From positions 1,116,001 through 1,180,000 of the forward strand of contig JAPETS010000002.1 of NCBI GenBank assembly GCA_026023565.1: DNA of 64,000 nt, given 5' to 3'. The position numbers and the translations under genes are program-made. Of this stretch, positions 53,150 through 64,000 are shown piece after piece (positions within the stretch are counted from its first letter, which is position 1; each line of letters opens with the position of its first letter). This DNA comes from Cirrosporium novae-zelandiae (taxonomy: Eukaryota). The notes under the pieces were generated by a model that saw only the letters and a program-made list of their open reading frames with translations, did no database searches and was not told the DNA's origin.

Positions 53150-56082
53150 ACCTTTTGCTAGAAAGTCGTGATAGCTTGTGGAATTTGAGTTTGTAGATAA
53201 TTACCAATATATGACAAGAGCAGCAAGACTTGAATGCCCAGGTAGTTACATACACTTCTGGCACATAAACACTACAATTTTCTTCCTAATGCTGTTCAAT
53301 TAACTACCTAGGTATATACCTCTTTCCTCCTATTATCTCTGCATTCTGCTTTGCTTCCTAGGCAACTCTATGGCATTACTCTTAAATCTCCACCTAGATA
53401 TCCTATCAAACTAGTAAGCAATATAGCACCATTCACCATAAATACAGACAAAAATATTGAAATCCGACCTCCTATTTCATCAAGATATTTCACGAGAAGT
53501 CTACCATTCCGGGTATAAGAATTTAGGTGTGGGTCATCTTGACCGTTAGTTGAAGTAGAGTATTTGTTCCAAACAAGATATAGGAGAAATCGAGTGCAAG
53601 TGACAGCCAGCAGTCCCTAGCATGGTTGATCCTGCGTGTAAGCATAACCTTGACTACCTATGGGTACCTTTTCAAGGAGCTGCTTAGTCGAGCTAGACAT
53701 CGAAAAACTGGATCCCCATGATAACAAAATTCCCTGGGCTCAATGGGAGAATGATGGTATTTGATTGCTGGTGCTCTAACTTCAGGCAAAGAGACATGCA
53801 TGGCCCATGGCACGGAAAGATGGAGCTCATGAAATTCCAAGACCAATAGTATACTGATTCAAGAGAGTTTATATAGAGCCAATAGCTTGCTGGCCTAGAC
53901 TTGTATACCTGATCTCGATATGAGGCCAGCCCTGTGGTATAATCCCCGGGATCAAGCATATGATGTGAATCCACAAAGACTTCCACTAATTCCCAAAGCC
54001 CAAACATCTCACCTTTCGAAACATCCAAGTCAAGATTTTTTGATCACTCCAGCTCACATCCGAAATGTATAACGCAATTACAGAGTCACCATATTCAGAC
54101 ACCTAGGAGTTATCATGAAATGGGTTCATTGGCTCTCTGTTCCTTAGGAATATCCGCACTGTGGCATGGTATCTGCGTCTACCTTTAGTGGAGAATGACA
54201 CGTCTAAGTCAGTCATTAATAGTGCTGCTTGAATTTAGCCAACCAAATCCATGAATGTCAACTTTATTATGGAAAGTATCATCTAAATTGCGAAGTCGGA
54301 ACGGGTACGAGGGCCACAGAAATCAAGCAAAGCATGCTACAAGTGTGGCTTCAATTGTTCATCCATGCCTTGAACCTGTCACCAAGATCTACCCATTCTC
54401 CTCTGCAGGATTAGACTTGTAGATCATTTCCATTTTCCGATCCAACATCTGATTTTTTTCTCGAAATCAATATACATGTACATCTACATAGTAGAGGGCG
54501 TCGGGTCTTCCACGGGAAGGAAAGCAATTTTCTGTGTGCCACGGAATCCATACAGGTGCTTAGATCACCAGTTACCGATTACTATGAGGACACGTGTTTC
54601 TTTCATGTAATTCCCTCGATGTCAATTCCATTTCATCATCTTAGCTTCCTGTTGAGGATCTTATCGTATCTAAATACTTTGCAATAATAAGCAAGCTAGT
54701 CATCATTCTCTAAGATAAAGTAGAGCCGGTCGTAGCGATAGTAATAGTCTCTCGTAATATTATAGATCTTAGATTCAAGGCTCCACGAGGCAGGTCAAAA
54801 GACGCGTAAAAGACGCGTAAAGAGGGTCCCGTGGGGAGGAAGATCAGGCAATTCGTAAGGTGTAGCTGTAACTGCAGTCTAAGATAGAAAGGTTAGCATT
54901 TCTGGCCTAAAGAGATCGCGCTGTCGGTAGGGTAAAGTGACCAATTCCTTACTCACCTATGATCTGTCATCTATCTCTTAGATGGATAGTAGATAAGAAC
55001 ACCGTACTGAGCAAACCTGACTATCAACTAGATGACGAGAATAGGTATGACATGACAGCAAAGTGTTCTTCAATCAGAACCTATCAAGAGGTAACCAAAA
55101 GAATCCTGGATAACTCGATACTGACCCTTACCTCACCATGTAGGTACAGGTCAATTCTAACATGACATGTACGTATCCGCTTACATCACTCTTCTCCAAG
55201 GCCTCGCATAAAGCGAAAGCAATGATGAAAAGAATCCCCGAAAGGAAAGCCATCAAAAATTGCGAGTCCGAGGAGCCCGAAGACTACTCGAAAGGCATCA
55301 CCGCCGCGCTGTGCAATGCAGGGTTCTACCCTTGAAGAACCGCCTTCTGGATCGCGGTTTTCGACTCAAGGTAAGTATGAAGAGAAAAGAGAAAAGAAAA
55401 GTCAGAAGAGTGGGAAGGTGGAAGACTTTTATAGAGAATATTAAGGTCCGTGCGGACGCTAGAGAAACTCAAATCTAAAATTGTTTGCTTGGTTTGAATC
55501 TAATCAGCACCTGAGGCTCCACTCCATTGAATGACATCACCTTCGCACATTACCTACCAAGTACGTACATGTACCTAGGTACCTAGGTAGTTTTCATGTC
55601 TATCTTACACAGGATTATAATTTATTACCTACTACTCTAGAATATCAAATAACTATAGGGAGCGTAAGTTATCAATAAGGTATATATTTGCTAGTACTTT
55701 TACGCAATCATAGGGCAATTATCTCATCCTGTCCGAATCTCTTAGACCCCTAGCTAATAAGTCCAACTTGACTTGAAATATTCCCTTAACACCGAGTCCC
55801 AGTTTCTAAAAATACAGTGTCTTCATTAAATGAGTAGGAGAATAGAAGGCACCCGAGGAGCGTAAAGAAAAACCAACACTGAAGAACTTTTCATTGCCAT
55901 GTAGCAATTCATTTCACGGAGAGCAAAATCCCCGCTCCCTTACCACACTTAAAGTCATTTCCGTTGCTCAACACCAGTCTGATTATCATAAATACTCATA
56001 ATTATCGGCCGTAAGTTGGTTCAGAGTAATTTGAATTACCATCACCATATCAACCCCATCCAACAATAGAACCACTCTCCTA

Positions 56083-58267
56083 TTACCCTTTCTGTCCAAA
56101 TATGGCAGATAATCTGCGTGTTTTTGTGGCATAGTCACTAGCACTAGTCTCCGGTCTTGGTGGCAATGACGACTTTTCTAAATCCTTCAAATGTGAGCTT
56201 CCTCTTCGGAAGATTCTGTTTGCAAGGCTTGGTCGTCGTACTGGTAGGTCGAACTGAGCATCATGGTCTCTGTGGACGCGTAGGTAAAATGGAGATGAAG
56301 GGCCACGAGTGGAAACATGGTCTGGTGTTTGTGAACGAAGGGGTGAATTTCCCGTGGAATTGTTCCAATCAAAACTTTCGTCGCCGGAATGTGGGGTATT
56401 TGGTTGAGATGGGTGTTTGTGTGGAGACCATGACACCTTTTGAGGCGACGAGCTTCGAGGAGAGTCGCATCTACTAGGAGAAAGAGACGATGGCCGTGGT
56501 GATCTTGGAGGATCACCATTCACCAGCAGATCACCGCCGTAGCAGCTAAGACGTGATCTGCTGGGACTTCCTGGCGCAAGTAGACTTGTAACTTTACCGG
56601 GTTTTGACGTACGAGGTCGGACAGGCCAATTCAAAACACTCTCGGGATTACTAGCTGGTGAATGATCTGTTGTCTTATGGTGCGAGCGCTTAGGATGAAT
56701 TGTTTCAGGGGCTTCGGTTACTGGGCCGATAGCTTCCCCAGTTCCCTTGCGAGAATGTTCTATTGGAGGGCCCAAAGATTCCGGCGATATTCGAATGCCA
56801 CCTGAAATGCTAGCATCGTTATACGAGCTTGGTCTTGAGTGGATATTATCTTGGTTATTCGTGCTCATTGTATCCGGTGTTGGCGGTAGAATGTTCTTTC
56901 CAAACATAGGACCATGAAAGGATAGCTCCTCATTTCGAGGAGTTGAGACAGGCCTGTAGTCTTTTCTCATTGACTGGCCAACTGAGTCTGCATCTCGGTT
57001 TTTCAAGTTATTTTCATATGGACCTGAATTGCTCCTCCGGGTATCCTGCAAGGATCTGGGGCGTGTAAAATCCTCTATTGGAGGCATGAGCTTGTTTTGT
57101 TTCAAGGCAGGGCCCTGTGACTTTATCCACCAATCCATCCGCTCTTTATGCATCCGCTCTCTCTCTTTGGTCGAAGCAAGCTCTTCCGATGAGTTATGAT
57201 GTTCCTCTGGAGATTTCACCGGAGTTTCCACCGGTGTATGGTCCACACGAACATCCAGAGCAAATCTATTCGGATCTTTGCCATAAACACTGAGAAAGCT
57301 GCTTTCGCTCAAAACACTTAACCGAGGAGAATCCAAAGTAAATGTGTCAGGCTCTCCACCCTCATCATCCCTTGAGAAGGTGCTGTCAGCTCTTGAAAGT
57401 AAGCTAAAGTTGCCCTTCGACTTATTGGCATCGGTAAAATAGAGGCTCCGTAACGCCGAGGATTCTGAGGCTTTTGATTTCAAAAATGAAGGTGTTCGGG
57501 ATAGAGTACGTCTAGATTCACTGCCAGTGAGCTTAGAAACCGAGAATTCTACAGCTCTCCGGGAAGAAGTGCGCGAGGGAACATCGATAGGGGACGAGCA
57601 TAATTTAGGGTTGAGGAGCGGCAATGGAGGTGACGACGGCGGGAGACGCGAAGGGGTTCTGGGTGGCTCTGTTGCAAGAGTTGTATTATCAATATCATGG
57701 CCAGGAGTTCTTGAACGTGACAGCTCTATTTCCAAGTCCTCAATCCTGTCTTCCAATTCGCAGATTATATCCACAGCTTCTTGTACAGCGTTGTCCCTCT
57801 TCTCAAGCTGTTGCATCAGCTCCTGGTTCAAATGTTGAAGTTCTTCCTTTTGCGTTTCAATGTCCTTCAACTTCCTCAGCTGGTCCTCGAGCAGGGCACT
57901 TTGCTTTCTCCTATGATATATCTCAAGTTTTAGGTCAAAGTTTTGGTTATTAAGACGAGCGACATACTATGAACAATGGTTAGCAATCAGGATTCAAAAA
58001 GGAGGGTGATTAATTTACAGCATCCATCTCCCTTGCGCCCATTTCCTTTGGTTTTGATAGTCCTGTCATGCTTCCACGTCGTGATTCAATCGGAGAACTC
58101 TGGACCTCGCGATCATCAGTTAGAGGCATCGAGAAAACTCGTGGAATAGTCTTGTTTGTTCTACTACTACTACTCGAGGGACGCGATGTGGCAACTCGAG
58201 ATTTCTTCTCCCGCAATAAATCTTGCAGAAGGGCAGAAGATGGTGTAACATTTCTAAAGGAGTCCAT
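56083..58267 (-). CDS. Centrosomin motif 1 (CM1/Cnn_1N) domain protein
   Basis: Intron 57967-58018 joins MGAREMDA|YVARLNNQNFDLKLEIYHRR (CM1-like). A coiled coil (LEKRDNAVQEAVDIICELE) and a long S/P-rich disordered tail follow. Confidence 0.8.
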
Positions 58268-59426
58268 GGTCAAAATAGAAGAGCGTTGATGAAAGGGTGG
58301 GCTTGAATGGCTGAAAGAGTTGTGTATGCTTCAGGGCATCCTTGAGTTGCTAGAGCAATGTGGGGGATGCAATAATCTGAGTTAGAGTAGCATAAAGTGA
58401 GATGCAGCGGGGAGTGCGGGTATGGATCCTTCGGGGCGATTGTAATAGTATGTGAGGAAGCGAGTGAATATGGTTCCTCTTTGAAGTGGAAATAAGAGGA
58501 AGGTTAAAGTGGACGGCGGCGTGTCTGGTGAGAAAGTTTGCACGGTCGTTCAAAAAGGTGGCACTTGCTTAAGACATGATGGCAGAATGATGAAAGTCAA
58601 TACGGTAATAAATACAAGCAGGAATTAAGATGCAGGAATTATGAAGTTTTATAAAATCAAAAAGGGGAGGTACTGAAAGTCCACAAGGTTCATAAGGTTC
58701 ATAAGGTTCACAAAAGGTTCGTACGAGTTCAGATCCTCATCTTGATCATCATCCTAATCATCATCATCATCATGCAGAGATCCAGTCCTTTTTGGTAATC
58801 CAAGACCCCTTGCATATAGAATTCATTGGCTTGTGTGCACGGGAGCACAGGTGCACAGAATCAAGAGGAATCATTGCCCCGCGTTGTCGGCCCCTTTTCC
58901 TGTTCCTGACTCCCGCCATCTTTGTTTTTTCTTGGCCGTGATCGCGTCGCGTTTTCCACTTAACCACTGAACGCTAATTTATCTGGCACTTCATACCCAA
59001 CCAACCAATTGTCCTAACCGCCCTAACTACACCCTTTTCCAACCATCATCTTTCATCCAACCTCCTCTTCCAAGGATTCTCATAGGTACCAATTAATTGT
59101 TTTGTATCTTTCTAACTCGCTAATTTACAAGTCACCGTGTGATATTTGTCTAGATTGTGATTCTCAACATCCTCCACATTAGTGACACCTTGGCTTAATT
59201 TCCAACCATCTCCCGACCATGGCAATAATAATTTTTATCACAAACACATCTACAAATTGTCTTATGATATGTAGGTATAACCTGGGTATTGATTTTTGTA
59301 GTTTTCTAATTATTATTTAGCCACTCTCTCTCATACAGTAATATCCAACATTCTCATCTCATGGTCAGAAGGGCCATGCTTTGACATAAAAAATCCATCC
59401 ATCTCAAATTACAGTTACTTTTCAAT

Positions 59427-62114
59427 CTATTTTCCTTCTGCTCGATCAACAAGTGCTTGGTCGAGATTCATTGGCTCCCAAACCTCTTTGTTTTTCTTCT
59501 GTTGTCCCCAAACCAGATCCCCCTTCAAATAAACTAGAACTCCACCCTTGCCAGTCACACTGGCAGTTATCCGGAACAACGGGAACCCTGTTTGAGCGTG
59601 TGCATCCCTTGTTGCCATTATGAGCAATCCATTTTCCGAACACCACTCTTCAACAACTGACTTGAAAGTAGGTTCATCCTGAATCGCCGAGGATGAACGG
59701 TTTGTGTCCTTTGCATCCAGTGAGATCTTGGGTTTCGCCTTTTCTAGGGGTTTAATCGGCCCCGCCACTGGAGCTTCGAGTCGGGACTTTCCTTCTTCGC
59801 CGAGCTCCATGGCTTCACTCATTTTCTCAAGACCCTTATCCCATTCCTCTTCCACTATTGGCACGCTATTTATTTCTTCGGGAATCTGCGTTTTCCACCA
59901 AGAATACCATTCACCAATTTCCTCATAATTAGGTTCTTCCGATGTAAGCCAGGTGTAAAGGATATCATGCCATTTGGGGAAAAATCCTGAGGCCAGAAGG
60001 TGTCCCATAGTGCCAGGCTTGAAGAAATGTTTCCATTGCAGAACATGTTCGAGTGGCTGTAGTTCCTGATCTTGGGGATTCACCTCGAAATTCGTTAAAA
60101 AATATTTTGTAAGGCGTGGAAGGAGATGAGTTGTCAAGACCTTGTCTAGTTCGCTCCCTAAAACTTGTTTCCAATCTTCAAGGCCATCAACGACCCCCTT
60201 GGATAGATCCCATGTATCAAGTACAACTTTGAACTTGCGCTTGACTTCTGCAACTAGTCCAGTAGAACTCTTGGGGTCAATATGATAGTCGCTGAGATGG
60301 CGCAGCCAGGGGAAAAGCCAGACATGTGGTGGTAAAGTGTGTCGACGCTTCTTTTTGTTTGATTTTGGATTCCAGTCACTAACGGCGGTGCTTAGTTTTT
60401 GGACAACAAACTGGTCCACAAGATGATGGAATATAAAGGGAGGTAATAAATCTTCCCAAGCTTCTATCAGGCCGATCAACCTAAAAGGTTCATGGACATT
60501 CCAATCATTTATAATCATGGATCTTACCCTCGGTAACCAAAGGGTGTACATCATTGTTTCATAATGGGTTGTAGATCGAGACCTGCCTCCATGTGCATGA
60601 CCATTTGGGCTTCCATTTTGTAGAGTTTGTATAGCTCGTTCGGCTTTAGACTGTACACCAAGGACGGATTTTATCCGCCTTAGATATTCTGTTAGGAAAG
60701 TCGGGTTTTCGAGAGGCTGCCAGAGATCAACAGAAATTCTAAACAGCGGATGGATAGCAGCCGTTGCAATCTCAGATAAAGCATATTGGTCCATCTCTTT
60801 TCCTAGTTTGATTCCTAGAGCCTCCAAAATAGAAACAACCTGCTCCCATTGCGAATTCAGTTGGCTATCTTGAATATCGTTACTATGCCCAACTGATAAA
60901 CCCTGCAAGGCTTGGACCGTATCAGCAAGCTCTCTAGTTTTCTGAGCTTGGTCTTTTTCTGCATCGATCTCTTCTTGTAATTGATCTGCTTGAAGTTCAA
61001 TGAATTTCTTTTCCTCTTGAAGGTTAACCCAGTTATCAGCAAAAGACTCCAAATCTCTTCTCGCCCTTCTTGCTATTTTGAGGGTTTCACTTGAGACTGA
61101 TCCTGATTGCCCTGTGGGTGTCATTAACCCCGAGGTTGATGTTAGAAGTTTTCTTTCTGTGCCTGTAGCATCAATAATTGATTCTAGTACGTTCGGGATT
61201 TGCAGTCCAATGGTGGCCGTCTTAATTTCAGCGGCGGTGCGGTATTTCACCTTTGGCCTGGCTCTTTCACGGGGTGTGCTCGTTCCACTTCCCCCATTTG
61301 AGCGGGCCTTATCTTTCCGACGGCGTCTCTGTTTCCGCTCTTCTTCAGAGCTATTCTCTAGAACTTCTCCTCTTCGGGCTGCTTCTCTTCTAGCTTCATC
61401 CTTTGCTTGTTGTGTTTTCTCATGCACAGCACCCAGACCTATCCCTTGAGGTCTAAGTTTTGTTTCTACTGGATTTAATATACCCTGTCCGGAGGCCCCC
61501 AAGCCTTGACCGGCTTTGTAACCCATTTTAGCCATCATTTTGGCAGCAAAAGAATTGGGGTTGACAGATGTTGGAGTGCTGGCCCCTGAGGCACCTCTCC
61601 CCTTTCGGGAAGAGGTTGCAGGGGAGTTGAATGATGGTCGGACGACTTTTGGGGTTTTTGCTTCTTCAGATGGTGGGGCGAAATTGAGGACTGGTTCTTT
61701 GGCAGAAGAAGGTACAAAGCCCTTTCCAAAGGGACTTTGGAAGACGTCGTCATCATCTTGGGAATCGGTCGCCGTTGGGGGTCTCCATCCAAGTCCACCT
61801 GTAGGTGCTCTTATGCTTGCTGTATCTTTGATATTATCTTGTTCCATACGGTCTTTTTCGTTGGAGACATCACTATCATCCCCTATCTCTTCCTTATCAG
61901 TACCAGAATCGGCATCGGCACTACCGAGTTTCACAAATCCCACACTTCTACCTCTGAGGTTTCTTGTCTTCCATCTCTGACCAGGTCGCTCATCTTCACT
62001 TTCAGAACCAAAAACTCCCAGCGCAGCCTTTTCTTTGCCTGTTCTTCGTCTCTTTGCTCGATGTCGAGAAGACTGGTCAGATTCAGATGAGTCAGACGAT
62101 GAATAATTGTCCAT
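59427..62114 (-). CDS. TFIP11: G-patch spliceosome disassembly factor TFIP11/Ntr1/Spp382
   Basis: Intronless 895-aa ORF with ALGVFGSESED, the G-patch FAAKMMAKMGYKAGQGLGASGQGILNP and a GCFC-type C-terminal region (HVWLFPWL, FEVNPQDQ, FFPKW, NYEEIGEWYSWWK). Confidence 0.93.
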   Translation of the reverse strand: MDNYSSSDSSESDQSSRHRAKRRRTGKEKAALGVFGSESEDERPGQRWKTRNLRGRSVGFVKLGSADADSGTDKEEIGDDSDVSNEKDRMEQDNIKDTASIRAPTGGLGWRPPTATDSQDDDDVFQSPFGKGFVPSSAKEPVLNFAPPSEEAKTPKVVRPSFNSPATSSRKGRGASGASTPTSVNPNSFAAKMMAKMGYKAGQGLGASGQGILNPVETKLRPQGIGLGAVHEKTQQAKDEARREAARRGEVLENSSEEERKQRRRRKDKARSNGGSGTSTPRERARPKVKYRTAAEIKTATIGLQIPNVLESIIDATGTERKLLTSTSGLMTPTGQSGSVSSETLKIARRARRDLESFADNWVNLQEEKKFIELQADQLQEEIDAEKDQAQKTRELADTVQALQGLSVGHSNDIQDSQLNSQWEQVVSILEALGIKLGKEMDQYALSEIATAAIHPLFRISVDLWQPLENPTFLTEYLRRIKSVLGVQSKAERAIQTLQNGSPNGHAHGGRSRSTTHYETMMYTLWLPRVRSMIINDWNVHEPFRLIGLIEAWEDLLPPFIFHHLVDQFVVQKLSTAVSDWNPKSNKKKRRHTLPPHVWLFPWLRHLSDYHIDPKSSTGLVAEVKRKFKVVLDTWDLSKGVVDGLEDWKQVLGSELDKVLTTHLLPRLTKYFLTNFEVNPQDQELQPLEHVLQWKHFFKPGTMGHLLASGFFPKWHDILYTWLTSEEPNYEEIGEWYSWWKTQIPEEINSVPIVEEEWDKGLEKMSEAMELGEEGKSRLEAPVAGPIKPLEKAKPKISLDAKDTNRSSSAIQDEPTFKSVVEEWCSENGLLIMATRDAHAQTGFPLFRITASVTGKGGVLVYLKGDLVWGQQKKNKEVWEPMNLDQALVDRAEGK

Positions 62115-62719
62115 GGTGGTGTGAGTCTTTGAATGATAGACGCGTGTAGAAGTGTGGAATCGCGGTAGAACTTCTTTGGTGTAGTCACATGACCAGCGGC
62201 GACCGACGAGGTAATCGGTGGTGAAACAATATTTGAAGCTTGATTTGTTGATTCAACGGAAAGATAAGGGAAATTAATTAACAAAATGCAGGCGGGAGGT
62301 GACTTCAGCTGCATGCATCCAGTAGAGTTTAATTTGGTTTTCTTGTTGGTATCTCCGTATCTATGGGTAGTTAGTATCAAATTGATATCGCTCTACTTTC
62401 GAAAGTAGCGTTATAGGTTTTAGTTTGGAAAGGGTAAACGTAAGGTTGATCAAATTAGTTGGAAATCAGCCGTTAGTTTCTCTGTGATAACAAAAAGCCC
62501 TGTCTACTTTTTAGTTGCCTACCGACCACAACCGATACCTGAGGCAGACCAACGTAAACCCCCCCAAATATAGACCGAGAGCACGTACATCGTTTGCTAC
62601 TTCCACTTTGTCGTGTGTCTAGAATTGTTTAAATTTCTCCAAAACACCCCCCCACACAACAATCGACGAAACAATAAACATTAACATTTCATCCTTCATG
62701 TTGTTTACGAAAAGTCACC

Positions 62720-64000
62720 ATGGCTTATAATTCTGTCGCTCAGACTGAGCACGAAGCCATTGCCGATGAACTGGGGTCAGATAGATCTGATTCCCCTCGA
62801 TTGACAAGCCACTCTCCTTACGAACCCCTTTCAACCGATCCTACAACCCATGGAGAGAGTATGCTGGGTGACGCTGCAAAGGTTACAGCTGAGCCTTCTG
62901 GTAGTCGTCTTAGTTCTATACTACAATCAATCGCGTCAACAAGATCAAGTTATCACGTGGTGGATGATGATGACTATGACCAACCCCAAGGGAGCCCCAG
63001 ATTGACAGGCGACGACGAGTCTGAGCTTGAGCGTCCACTGCCACTCTGTATTCGTAATCCTGACGATTCCTTCAATCAGAATCAGTCAAATAATCCTGAA
63101 GACCCTCCGGAATCGCCCTTATCCGAACCAATGATCGCTCGATCCCCCGACAGTCCTGTTCCTCTTAAACACCCCACTCCAGGCTTACAGTCGCTACATG
63201 GAGCATATCGATCAAATGTCGAGCGACTGGAGCGCAGTGCCGAAGAACTGAGCTTAACTTCGGATATTGGGGAAGAGTTACGGAAATTGAAGGAACAGCA
63301 GAAGAAGTCTGAAAGTAGGAGATCCTCATTGAATCAACAACAGTCTGATGAAGAAGCAATGGCTCCAACTCGGAGACGTCAATTTTCTACATCCTCACTC
63401 TCCAACTCTATTATTCGTATCAACAGTGTAGCAAGGTCCGGGGGATATTCTCCAGGCGGATTCATGGCCTCTCCAAGAGGGTCAATTCGTTCAGGGTCCT
63501 ACTCCCACGGCGTGCATCGACTCTCTCATGTCACTTCTTTACCAGAACCTGAACAAGAAGGAAGACCTCTCGATTCACCTTTAACCGCCCACTCCGTACC
63601 TATCACCGCCTACCCATTTCATAAGCCTTATGCTCTAACCGAAGAACCTGAAGTCCCTCCTCACACATCAAATCTCTATGTACAGAATCCTAGTCAATCA
63701 TTAACAGACATGTATCAACAAACTGCCGAACCAGACCCCATACCTGATAGACCTCCTACGGCTGCTTCAACTGACACATATCGGCAAGCCTCAACTCTGT
63801 TCCGAGATTTTGATGGTGTTCATTTCTCGCCCCTCACGAAACCACAATCTCCTCCTCCGGGGTTGACCGACGAGTATGATAAACATTTATCGTTTGCTGA
63901 TCCTGCAAGTCTATCACTCACCCACCCCGCAAAGCGTGAATCCCAGATTCTCAATGAGCCACGTTCGCCACCACAGTCACCTCCAGAGGGCATGCTATAC
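62720..64000 (+). CDS. Large S/P-rich hypothetical protein, 5' part only (runs off the window)
   Basis: Long open frame from ATG 62720 (MAYNSVAQ...), absent from the ORF track, presumably because no stop lies in the window. It contains the ordered-looking block LKHPTPGLQSLHGAYRSNVERLERSAEELS. Confidence 0.8.
   Translation, partial: MAYNSVAQTEHEAIADELGSDRSDSPRLTSHSPYEPLSTDPTTHGESMLGDAAKVTAEPSGSRLSSILQSIASTRSSYHVVDDDDYDQPQGSPRLTGDDESELERPLPLCIRNPDDSFNQNQSNNPEDPPESPLSEPMIARSPDSPVPLKHPTPGLQSLHGAYRSNVERLERSAEELSLTSDIGEELRKLKEQQKKSESRRSSLNQQQSDEEAMAPTRRRQFSTSSLSNSIIRINSVARSGGYSPGGFMASPRGSIRSGSYSHGVHRLSHVTSLPEPEQEGRPLDSPLTAHSVPITAYPFHKPYALTEEPEVPPHTSNLYVQNPSQSLTDMYQQTAEPDPIPDRPPTAASTDTYRQASTLFRDFDGVHFSPLTKPQSPPPGLTDEYDKHLSFADPASLSLTHPAKRESQILNEPRSPPQSPPEGMLY

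Noticed and set aside
53658..54028. Overlapping minus-strand ORFs as a gene or pseudogene
   Set aside because: The sequence is complex, but no coherent splice model or motif was found. BLASTX would be needed.
59446..62380. Antisense and alternate-frame ORFs over TFIP11 (likewise over MSF1, DIC1, the oxidase and the CM1 gene)
   Set aside because: They are shadow ORFs of real coding sequence with no independent motifs.

Overview
Eukaryotic DNA from a filamentous ascomycete (Pezizomycotina-type), with short GT..CTRAY..AG introns mostly 48-95 nt. About 19 protein-coding genes can be reconstructed by hand-splicing. They include a 2H phosphoesterase, a Ser/Thr-rich single-pass membrane protein, a multicopper oxidase, the divergent pairs calcipressin/RPB3 and DIC1/MSF1, a T1-family RNase, a Zn2Cys6 factor, an RBR E3 ligase, an FAH-fold protein, an MFS transporter, a histidine phosphatase, a CM1-domain protein, TFIP11/Ntr1 and several hypotheticals. 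Long intergenic regions are filled with microsatellites and several degenerate 200-390 bp tandem arrays. The most notable observations are: (i) an intact MFS transporter with a ~230-aa Ser/Thr-rich insertion carrying two KR sites in its first outer loop; (ii) a T1-type RNase with all four catalytic residues but no signal peptide, head-to-head with a possible HeLo-like protein; (iii) an FAH-fold protein lacking several catalytic and metal-binding residues; (iv) a 41-bp inverted repeat just after the RBR stop codon. Exon boundaries and family calls were made by eye with no database searches. No tRNA, rRNA or CRISPR was seen.
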